This document shows positions 38,626 to 49,800 of a stretch of DNA of 64,000 bases, in pieces. The notes below the pieces were generated by a model. That model made no database searches, was not told the origin of the DNA, and saw nothing but the letters and a program-made list of their open reading frames with translations. Position 1 is the stretch's first letter. Every line of letters begins with the position of its first letter. A program made the translations under genes and the position numbers. This DNA comes from Klebsormidium nitens (lineage: Eukaryota; Plantae; Klebsormidiophyceae): positions 241,387 through 305,386 of the forward strand of contig DF236986.1 in assembly GCA_000708835.1 (NCBI GenBank), in the 5' to 3' direction.

Positions 38626-41600
38626 ATGGAGAGCGCTGTAAGAGGGCTGCAGCGGCTACCAGACTTCCTCTCCTCAGCAACGCGGACTCGCTACCTTGGA
38701 TCCAACTCTTCCAGCAGTGACGCAGATTCGCATTTGCAAAGATACCCTTGCAGAAAGCGAGCGTCCAAATGTGAAGTCTCTCCTCTTAGTAATCAAACAT
38801 TAAAACCATGTAAACGACGATCAAAACGTGGATCAAACAAAGCAGTTGGTGACGCAGCTCTGCACAGTATTTTCGGGCGGCCAATGCAGAGATCTGCCTG
38901 GCCTGGGAAAGACCGGCCCCGAGCGATGGGCCGCAATGGGGTCACGGAAAAAGAACAAGACATTGAGCTCGCCGTGAGAGATACGGCTCCAAGCAGATCC
39001 AATCCAACTGTGACTGAAGCAGAGAATGACGCATCCACCTCGGAAATTGATCAGCTGATTGAGAGCAGCGACGGGAAGAGCGAAAAAGCTGAAGGGAGAA
39101 GTGTGTCTGCGAGGCTGTGGTCAAATGTGAATGGAGGGACGCTGAGGCATGAGCCTGGGAGCCTGGTGGGGGCAATACTTCTGGTGGCGGGGACGACGGT
39201 GAGAATAGGCACTTTCTTTTATGAAGAAAGACGTTTACTTTGACAACAACGGGCCGTTCATTTAGAATTCAAGGGCCCAAGAGTCTAATGAGAGAAGGCT
39301 TTGTTTACCTGAAGCCCAGATTGGTTTCTAACTGGTTTTTGCTTGATAGCTAAGGGAAATCTTTTGGACTGGAGGAGAAACGGTGACTGAATTGGTGAGA
39401 AGCTCTTAGTGAGGAAGTATGGGGAGATTTGGTGCAATGCTAGTGTGAATTGCTACATCAAGAAAACTCTGCGCTTTTTGGTGGCGCTCTGAAGATTCAG
39501 GTCAAAGTGAACTCCACTTGTTTCTCGAAGCTCATGCTTGATGCTATCTGCGGCTGCATAATCCAACTCGGGGTTAGTTCTCACTTCCTCATGAAGTACA
39601 TGTTGCTCCTGCCAATCTTCAATGCAAGCCAGCGAACACAAGCGAACGCTGCGCTCTGTAGGAGCAATACCTCGTTGTTTACCAGGGCAAAGCCCAGATC
39701 AAACAAACTTCTGAGCTGTGATCTGTGCTATTGTCAATTCCCTGCACTGGTATGGTATGAGGACATATCTAAGAAACATCCAATTATCTTTCTGATTGGA
39801 GCGGACCTTTCACCCTTATCTCCGTTCAGGTGGGAGCAGGCATCTTGGCCATTCCTGCAGTTACGCAGGATGCGGGTTTCCTTGCATCCGCTTTTGCTTG
39901 TGTTGGGTGCTGGGCATACATGGTGAGAACACAGGAGTCGATGTTTCAGTCGAGAAGGGGCCCTTTCTTTAAGAATCTTGTTCCAAAGACCCTTGAAAAG
40001 GGGGTCTTGGATGACGCCCGCACTGTTCTCAGCTTGCGAGGAGAAGAACTAGGACCGCCACTCTCTCTTTTTCTTGCCTTCTTTCTTTCCGAAAGAAGGC
40101 GAAACCAGTCTGTCAGTCATCACCGTCGCCTGCTTCCGACCAGCAGATCTTCAAGCGACTCGGGTTTCGGAGGACGATCAACACACACGCGCCACACTTA
40201 TACATATACTTGTTCAAGGCCACTTTTCATTGACGTTCTGATCAGATTGAGGTCACACAACAGTTGGCCGCAGCAAATCCCGCCAGACTTCTATGTGACA
40301 CAGCTAAGGCCTCCTTTAGATACGTCCATATCCGAGGCACCACTGTAGTACTTGAAAGTCAATGCTAAGCTTCCGCTTATTGCCTGATGGATCTGAGCTT
40401 GTCAATTGATGATATGGAGAGTCATCGAAGATTGTTTGGAAGCCCTTGGGTTGCAAATTACTAGTGATGCTCATGCGTGTTTCCTTCGCAGGCGACAACA
40501 GGGATCCTTGTAGCAGAGGTAAACATCAACACGATGTGTGAACTAGGTGAGAGCGCCTACTCTTGCTCCATCCCGGAGAAGCTTCTGAAAGTAATGTAAC
40601 CATTGGTCTAAGGAGCTGTTTCGTTGGGCATTGCGGCAGAAGAAGGACTTCCAACGCAATTCTGGAACGTGCGCACACATAATCGGAGTTAATGTTGTCA
40701 GTCTGATCAAGTGCTCGAGACTTGCAATCCTAGTCGTTCTTGACCCACCTTTAAGCACTTGCAGCTTGGGTAGAAGGCTTACAAAGGCTCACCCGCAATT
40801 CTTTATCTCTGTCATCGATCATTTGGTCGTTCTCGTGGGGCAGTCTGCCGACACAGTGATCTCAGTCGTGCCTGGACTGGCAAGAGTACTCCATGCAGCT
40901 ACCAAATAACAGTTGCTGATTTTGATACTGCTTCGTTCCTGCCAGGATCCGGAGGCGTCTCCCTCGTTTCGATGGCGGAAAGAACGCTCGGGAAGGCCGG
41001 GGTGCGGGTTGCAGTAGGTAGGGTGCTGAACACATTACCAGATCACAGAATGAGTGGGACTTGGTCAAACGCAGGGACTATTATTTCCGTCTCCATCATC
41101 GTTCTCAGTCGTCGGGCAATGTTCTCGGCTCTTCGGCTCGTGGAGTTATTGCCTTTCTTCCCAAAAAACACATCATCGATCGATCAAGCACGCGCTTTCT
41201 CCAGAGCTCAGACGAGGCTGTCAAACCACGAGTGACCAGGTTGAAAGATGCACGATCCTCCATCCCACGAACTCAATTGCGGCCTTATGAATGATAAAAT
41301 CCAGATCGGTTGACCCATTCCGGTTACATGAGCAGAAGAGCAGCTTCCTCGGGAGCGACCCGTTTTACTGCAATTCTCCTTTGAAACAGGTACCTACATA
41401 TTCATCCACTACGCTCTGTTGGTGGCTTACGTGGCGCGGTCGGGTGACATCATCACGAACTTTACCGGCCTGCCGCTCCCCGTCTCGGCAGCCGCCTTCA
41501 CCGCCGCATTCGGCGCCATCACTTACTTCTCTAGCCAAGTAGGTTGCCCGTATAAAACTCAGTTAAAGATATCATTTATTGAGCAATGACACTAATAAGC

Positions 41601-44600
41601 TCCGACTAACCTTAAGAATCCTAACCCAAAAAGTACCTTCTTCGCACCCATACCCACCCTAAACCCTAACCCTAGTCGTCCCAGCGCGGATACCTTATAA
41701 TTATCTTGGCATATAAACATCATTCTTTGAGTTCAACCGTATTCACTGCCTCAGAGACGTCGCCACGTGGCATATCTTGAATCCCTGCTCTCCGTCCCTT
41801 CTGGAAACCCGTTGGAAAATCTTCTGATGTTGGGCGGAGATCAAGCCACCCAAAGCAACTGCTTGGACAGTTGCAATCGACGCACAAATTTGAAAGGTCG
41901 AAAGGTCACTGCAATTGATTGCGTCGAGCTCTGATTGGCCACACAAGCGCATGCCACGTGTCAAGGTGGCACTGCCCTCTAAGACCCGTTTCAACCGAGC
42001 TCGCCGTCAGAATCCGGGCCGATCGACCTTTCTTCTTGCGCCCTGCAGAAAACGCTCGGATACGTGAACGGCTTTCTTATCGCCGCCATTCTCGCGAGCT
42101 TCGCCACTTTGGTTGGGATCGCGGCTCCTGAGGTAGAACCAGCATCACTCCTCAAGGTGGGGGATATTTGATAATACTACTTTACTTCTTTATCTCTCTC
42201 TTTGTCTTACCTGTTCTCACTCTCCCTCTGTGCTGCTTCTTCGCTTTGTGATTACGAATGTGAGCTTTTGGAAGCTTTCTGTGCCTGACCAAGTCACTTT
42301 CTCCCTCTTTACATATCCTTTGCTTTGGGCTTAAGGATATGAGCTTCTGAAAGGACGAGACGAACCGCAAGGTGTACGACCTTCTTATTTCTGCAGCTGT
42401 CGGCAAAAGTTTCGGAAGCACAAGTTGATAGATCTCAATTCCCGTGAGGGTCCTTTGCTCCCAGAAGAAATTACTTCTCTCGACTTTTTGTTGCTATACA
42501 TGTTGATTATTCTGCTGAAGAGATTGATATGATGGAAGCAAACTCTTTTCCGCAGGCCAATTGGTCCGCCGTCCCCGCAAGCATCCCCATCGTCGCCCTT
42601 TCCTTCGTCTACCAAAACGTCGTCCCAGTCATCTCCTCGGAACTCGAAGGCGACCTCCCCAAAATCAGGTGCGGACACAGCCCCTCTCGGACGCTCCTCG
42701 TGTACGGACACTCGTGTGCACTCTTCGGACGCTGATGCGCGCGCGCGCATACTTTTGGACAGTGCCTATAACGGACATTTTCCGTTCAAGTAAAGTCCCA
42801 AAGACTTCCGGCTCGCTTTTGAAGGCCTGCCTCCAGCGGCTGAACTTAAAGAGGGCGTCGGGGGACCGGTCCCCTCTGACGTCAGCCGGTGTACGGTGGG
42901 TTTCGATCGCGTGGCAATTCTGCCCGTGTGACGTCGAATTTGAAAATCTGGTGTGAGCCCGACCCGAAAAAGGGAAAAAGTTATTCCGACCGAGTTTCGG
43001 TCGCTCGACTTCATGGAGAAAATTGAGCGCACTCCCCAGTTGTGCTAGATTTTCCGTGCCTCCCAAGTTGGTTCAGAAATTCACCGCTCGGGCTGGTATA
43101 TGAAGTCTGACGCCCTCTTTAACACAGACCCATCCGCAGACCTCGCTAAGCACCCCCCCTTCTCCTCCATTGGAAACCCGCAAAAAAATGACTTCTACCT
43201 GTACCGATAAAATTTGCATCACGGGGTAGCGTCCAACTCAAGGGCTGATTACAGGTCATCAGCTGTCATAAGCGCTGCTTCCAACCGCGGCTCAGCTTCC
43301 TCGCACCCTCCAATCAATTCAGACTGAAGCAGGGGTCAGATTCCAAGTTGCTTCACAAAATTACCAACTTACTCACACTTGACATCTGGTCGTCCTCAGG
43401 ACCGCCATTGTATATGGAGCAGCCATCCCCCTCGCCATGTTTCTACTATGGGACGCCATCATCCAGGAAGCATTTAAGTTGAAAGGCATTTTTTGAGAGA
43501 AAGTTTCGACAAACCGCTCCTCACCTTGATCCTGTCCTTAATTTTAATTCAGTTACAAACAGCCCTTGAATTTCGTCAAAGTTTCCATCAACTCACCAAC
43601 AAAGAACTCATCTGCACTTCGATAAGTTATCAGGACCGCAATCATGTACGGGACCGCCATCCCCCTCACCATGTTTCTCTTATGGGACGCCGTCATTCTG
43701 GGGAGCGTTCCCGCTGCGGTCCCGGGGGCCGCCCAGAGCATGGCGGCAATGGACCCCCTGCTGCGGCTGCGCGAGTCGAGCGGAGCGGTCGGGGTAAGTC
43801 TCCGGGCGCTCTTCGTGTTTTGTGTTAAGCCTAAGCTTCGTGCTCCGCTTGAGCATTTGACACCGGGGTGGCGAATTGTTCCATAGCATATCTGCGAACG
43901 ACAGGTTTTTCACAGCGTGCCGCCTCAGAGTATGGCGGCAGTAAAACCTGCTGCGGCGAGTCGAGCGGCGCGGTTGGGGTAAGTCCCCGGGCGCTCTTCG
44001 ATTTTACTTTGAGCCTGAGCTTCTTGCCCCGCTTGAGCAATTGACACCGGGGTGGCAAACTTTTACATATCTCATTTGTGGTTGTCACGTGTATCGTCGC
44101 GGCCCGCCCAGAGTATGTCGGCTACAGTTCCCCTGCTGCAGCTGCGAGAGCGGCGCGGTCGGGGTAAGTCTCCGTGCACTTTTCCCGCCTTGGTAGCGCT
44201 AAAAACAATTCCCTCTGCGGTGGTTCAATGAACCTAGACGCTTGTCGTCGACCGTTCGTGAGCATGATCGTTGGGAACGTTTTCGTACAAGGAAGATGTT
44301 TTCTCAAATGACGATTTTCCTACATACCGTTTTTGCTTAACGACGACTTTCCTTGGTTACCATCTCCTTTCGCTGGTTGGTTAGAAGGGGCCCTCTGCTC
44401 CGGCTCCAGTTACTTTCTCAAAGCGCTCCGGTCACGTCCAGTGGGGAGCTTCGCTTCGCCGCCTTTAAAGATCATCAAAGTACAATCACAAACTAAGTAC
44501 AAGCAAAATACAATAAAACTACAATCACAAACTACCTTTATACAAGTAGTGTACTACAATCACCTCCGCGCTGCAAGCTTATGGTCCATCCGCCCGCTTG

Positions 44601-45831
44601 TGCAGTCCGCTCTTTCATCCCGTCTTTTTCTGAGCGTATCTCTCTCGCAATCCGTACTCGGACCTCTGTCGTGAATTGCACTCGGAACTCTTTCGTACTT
44701 CGTACTCATCACCCGAAGTAGAACTTCTAACTCAGATAGACTAGCAGCTTAATTCTTGCCGCTTGCTTATGCAGCCCGCCGTTGAGATCTCTCGATCGCG
44801 TGTCATAGCTTATGCTTGTCGCCTGCTTATGCAGCCCGCCGTCGAGATCTTTTCGTTCTTCGCGATCGGCACGTCCTTCATCGGCTTCGTGCTCGGACTG
44901 TCCGACTTCCTTGCGGACCTGCTCAAGCTGCCGTCCGGACAAGAAAAACGGCGTCCGCTCCCATACCTTTTAACGCTTATACCGCCATACGCGCTCGCGC
45001 TGACGAACCCGGAGATCTTCTATAAGGCGCTCGACTTTGCGGGCGCTTATGGTGGTAAGTCTTTGCTTTTAAATGCTGTTCGGCCTTTATTGTCATGATG
45101 CGTCCTATTTCACCGTTCCGCTTTTCATTGTCAGCTGCTGCAGCTATTATGCAGACCGGGGAACCGTTCCACTACTTAAAGGCCTCCTGTCCGTGCTTTG
45201 AGGGCTGCCGAAACGATTCGAATCCGCTGGAATCCCCCGCTTTAGAGTAAGGTTTGAAAGTGCCTTCTGATTTCACTTTTAAAGTCAAAAAGTACGATTT
45301 GAAAAGAATTCTATTTCTCAAACAGTACGAACAAAGTTAGAGGGGCAACGTCAGGAGACCACTTATACAGTAGCATAGCTCCCAAATAAATATAGAGCTC
45401 TCCCAAAATCCCCCGTTGCAGAGAAAGTACGCTTCTCAAATGGTACTTTTCTCATTGCGTACGTTTTGTCAATTAGTCTTCGAGAGGTACGTTTTGAGAG
45501 CATCCGTGGGTAGGATTTACTGCCGGGTACGAACGGCTTTCAGAATGTTGTATGGTGCCGCAACGTCGTTCATACAATCCGTTTGCAATCCGCAAAAGCG
45601 ACAACCTCTGACCCTGAAACGCAGCTCCTCCTTGCAGTTTTGGTGCTGTTTGGTCTCTTCCCGGGCGCCATGGCATGGGCGGAACGATACACTGACGCAT
45701 GCATGACGCCGGCTGTGAAACCCATCATCCCAGGGGGAAAGGTGACGCTGTCGCTCATAATGGGCGCTGCCGGGATCGTCATCGCCGGGGAGTTTGTCAA
45801 GGACGTTGCCGGGTTCTTGCAGGTGCACTGA
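38626..45831 (+). CDS. Tryptophan/tyrosine permease family (TyrP/HAAAP-like) amino-acid transporter with a probable plastid transit peptide
   Basis: Exons 38626-39198, 39830-39922, 40492-40546, 40946-41017, 41390-41538, 42049-42156, 42556-42668, 43634-43793, 44835-45054, 45638-45831. Motifs: GAILLVAGTTVGAGILAIP, YIFIHYALLVAY, ALSFVYQNVVPV, FAIGTSFIGFVLGLSDF and ALDFAGAYGVLVLFG. Confidence 0.92.
43393..43470 (+). repeat. Diverged upstream copy of the permease exon-8 acceptor plus the first ~70 nt of the exon
   Basis: cag|GACCGCCATTGTATATGGAGCAGCCATCCCCCTCGCCATGTTTCTACTATGGGACGCCATCAT at 43400 versus the true cag|GACCGCAATCATGTACGGGACCGCCATCCCCCTCACCATGTTTCTCTTATGGGACGCCGTCAT at 43634. Confidence 0.88.
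43730..44190 (+). repeat. Three tandem copies (185 bp period) of the permease exon-8 3' end plus the splice donor
   Basis: ...cagag.atg.cggc....cctgctgc....gagcgg.gcggt.ggg|gtaagtc.cc recurs with donors after 43793, 43978 and 44163. Confidence 0.9.
44761..44850 (+). repeat. Direct duplication (60 bp period) of the permease exon-9 acceptor
   Basis: gc.tgcttatgcag|CCCGCCGT.GAGATCT occurs with exon starts at 44775 and 44835. Confidence 0.88.
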
Positions 45832-46821
45832 TTTGTAGGCCGGATTTGTATGATAACTGCGCGCGTTTAACAGCCGTTGCTTCTGTCCCTATCTTTGGTG
45901 AGAAAGCGTCGTTGAATAACATGTGCTCAGCAAGCAGAAGCTCTCACTGTACTGAGCGTTGAGTTTGCGTCCGACGGTTTAGGGTACGTCATGATCCATC
46001 ACGGCGCGGAAGCGGCGCATATACGTACATCACACCAGCAGCATGTGTTTCTGCCGTCAAATTGGATGAGATCGATCCGCATGCCTCAATCAGTTCGGTT
46101 GATTTGGATCGAGAGCGATTAGCTGCTTGTGAGGCGGCCCGAGTCCACATCAGTGCATCAACCAACAGCGGCCGCGTGACCGATGCAACCCCGCACGCCT
46201 ATGCAAGCTACGCGGCCACTCGCACACGTACTTTCAATGTAGCTTGGCAACCGCGGCGATCGATGATCACTGGCATGCACTGACCCGGCGGATTCGATCG
46301 ACTGCAGCTGCATATGCATTGCCGCTTGGTCTGCCGCAACAGATGACTCGATTACAAGCTTAAGCTGCGATTGCTAATCGCGTGCTAGCTGTACTCAGTA
46401 CGTCACTGCCGTTGATATGCCTTTTGCAGTCCGACCTTGTAGCGTATCTAAGAATTGTCGGCTCGCGGTGTATCGGGTCAATGATCATAACTTCCGTTTT
46501 GAGTTGTTCGTTAACGCCCTGAAACATGCATGCGAACTTGGTAATCAAAGACTTAAGCCAGGCCGCTACCGTACACAATACATGAGACACATGTTTCATA
46601 CATCCCGACAAACTCCTCAGTGTGACCAGATTCAAGAATCAGAAAAAATGGCTTCCGATGAGGAGTCAGATTAGACGCGATTTATGACCGATCAAGCAGC
46701 CTCTTGCGACCACTCATGCTCTTCATTGACGTCTCTTACAGGATCTGTCAGCATCGATAATTGTGAACGCCCGGTCAAATAATAGAGCCGGCAGAGAATC
46801 GGAGTACCCCAAAATGTCCAA

Positions 46822-49800
46822 TCATCCTTGCACGACGCCATCGGTCCCCTCCTTTTTCCCTGCACCTTCTGAGGCACGCTCCTCCTCTGCCTCAGGATAA
46901 TATGGCTCTTCCAGCTCCCTCGGTGCTTCCGCCATGTCCACGTCACCGCCTCCTGCAGCGACCTCGCCTTTCTCTTCATGCGCCTCTTCTGCTCCGCTCG
47001 CAGTTACTTCCATTGTGTCATCCGCTTCCCCCCCATCCCTTTCTCTCTCGTTTCCTTCCTCTTGAACCCCCTCGTTTTGTCCCTCGTTTTGTTCCTCGTT
47101 TTGTTCCTCGTTTCCTCCCTCTTTCTCTCCCTCGTTTCCTCCTCGGTTCTCCGCTCCGTTCGCAGCGCCGTCAACCGGCGCCTCAGCTGCCTCCGCACTC
47201 GGGAGCCTCTCCTCTAGTTGCTCCGTACTTTCCCCCGCGTTGTTCCCTTCATCTGCGGGTCCTTCTTGCGTTGCGACCTCTGGTTCTTTTCGAACCTCCT
47301 CTGCCGTCTCTGCAGGCGTCTCCGCTGTCTCTGCCGCCTTTGAATCCGTTTCCGGTTTGGCTTCCGAAGCCTCTTCAATGTCCGCTTCCTCCGCTGTTTG
47401 CTTGGGCTCTGCTTCCGTCTTATCCTCCGTCTTACCTTCCGTCTTATCTTCCGTCTTAGCTTCCGTCTTAGCTTCCGTATCCATGTCCGTTGGTTCTTCT
47501 AGTTTTGGAGGAACTTCTGCAATCGAAGCAATCCGAAAACTTATGAATTATGCTCCCCAAAGGCCCTGTCCTTGTCGCTTTTGCAAATTCTGAAGACTTG
47601 AGCAATACAGTGTGGGCAATCCTCTTGTTCAGACCACGGGCCAGATCACCAATCTGATCGAGGGCACCGGCCGTTGACTGCTCGTCAACTATCAGCTCAG
47701 TCTCGATAAATGCTCAACCCTTAGAATCCGAGAGTCCCACTCCTCGCTATACAGAAGTTCCACCGTCGCTATCCAGAACTCAACCTCTTGTCAACCAAAC
47801 CTTAGTCCCTCCCTCACCAGCAGCCTGATCCCTCGCTAATCCGCAACTTAACCCTCGTTACAAAGGTGTTTTACCCCCTCGTTAGGCAGACAGTCTTCCT
47901 CCACTATGTGAGACTTGCGATTCGCAGAAGCAACGTCACCAACGTTTGCGGAAAGCAGCAGAAGGGGCGATAGCACAGTCAATTTCAAGTGCAAGGGGCT
48001 AACTTTTGCGGAAAGCAGCAGAAGGGGCGATAGCACAGTCACTTGGATTGCAAGGGGTTAGCAGGCTCACCCGCAGTCTTTGGGGCCTTGTCGGGCACGC
48101 GGTTGGTCTTCCCAGTGACGTAGTCGCGGTGGCGCTTGAGCTCGCCCAGGGCCTCCTCCTCAGGCTTGTAGATCAGGTCGTTCATGCGCCAAATCTGCGC
48201 CAAAATGCCACGGTGAAACAGTGTTTCGGCCTTGACTACTCTTGATCAGATTCTCTGGAAAATAATGAGGGAAATGAGATCGTTCACGCCAAATCTGCAC
48301 CAAAATGGGAGAATACGTCTCTGCAAGAACTGACTACTGTTGATCAGATCTTCTGGAGAAGAAGGAGGGAAAATCACGCCAAATGTGCACGGAAACGTCA
48401 TCACGCCGCCCCAGGCGTGATGACTTCTAGGCTGTGCACTTCTAGGCTCCGTCCGATCGACTCACAAGTGTGAAGCAATACGGCGATGATCGCTCGTGCG
48501 CCAGACTTGCACCTCTGATCGCCTGTACCTTGACTACAAGATTGGTATGCTCTCGCAAATTCAACTTGAGACGGCTAAGCAGCCCCGCATGCTTTTCCTT
48601 TTTTAAGGTCCGGCTCTGCGGCGTCCTGGCTTGAGACTCGGTATGCGTCGTCCAAAAGATTGTCACATAGTCCAGGCTTTGGTCAAGTTGTGGTCGCTGG
48701 GACAGGGGGCGCGCTCACCTGCAGTGCGCCACCCCCCCCGGCAAAGCTGATGTCATCGCTGACGCTCAGGATGGTCCACGGGTCCGCCGTGTTCCACTGG
48801 AAGTCAACCACCTTGTCCCTGCACGCAGCATCCTTCACTCAATCAGTATTTGATCATGTGAAGACTTGGGCTGTTCAGAAAAGCCCATTCCAAAGCGTGG
48901 CTATATACAAGTGGCTTCAGATCATGAAGGGCTTTCGAAAGGAAGGCCTTGACGATCAGGTTTTGACAGCAGCACAACGAACGGACCTGGTTGACCTGTG
49001 GACAAGAGCAGATGTGGGAAGGACCAGCCGATCCCTGCTTGAAGCACAGCTCACCAGGCCTTGGCCAAACGGGAGACCTGAGAATAGCGGCTCCTTGCAC
49101 ACTTTAGCAGACATCCCTTTTCCTGAAGACGCCGTTGAAGTCCTCGTGAAGAGCCCGCGCTTGATAACCTTTGGACATTAACTTTAAGCCTTTCCTAGCG
49201 ACTTCTGAACGAGTATTGAAAGCGTTCAGCTTTCGATCGCCTTCATCAAAACTACTTATAACGTGATGAATCGCCTGATCTTGGTTACCAACCGCAAAGC
49301 AATACCTCAAAGCACAGTCTTAGGACTTTTTCAAGGGGACTGGAGACCCCTTTCCTCACCGATGGCCTGCGTGCTGGAACATGAGCTCCGGCGGCTGCCG
49401 CCCGTTCCCGCTGCCGTTCTGCGCCGCGCCCGCCCTCTCCGCATCCCACACCATGACCAGACCATCCTCCCCCCCGCTCGCAAACACGCCCTTCCGATGC
49501 GGACACCACTGAACATTCAAAATGGCTGCTGTGTGCGCCGCAAACGTGGCGACAACCGCGGCTTTGCCCTTCGCCGCGAGCTTGCGCCGGTCGAACAGGC
49601 GCACGCTGTGGTCTGCCCCGCCCGTCAGCACCGCGTGCTCGTCCTCCGCGCTCCAGTCCACGCAGTGGATGTCGTCATCATGCGCTGACGCCACCTGCGG
49701 AGGTTAAGTCATCAGAGAGTGGAAAAGATGGAAGTTTCGACAACTTAGAACGTCAAAACCTGGAGCCAGTCGTTAGTACCTGATGATCGTCCTTTGCGCC

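Noticed and set aside
41655-41675. Telomere-like ccctaaaccctaaccct (also gggttagggtttt at ~19840)
   Set aside because: Only 2-3 degenerate units inside introns. These could be telo-box-like motifs or chance, and are not an interstitial telomere array.
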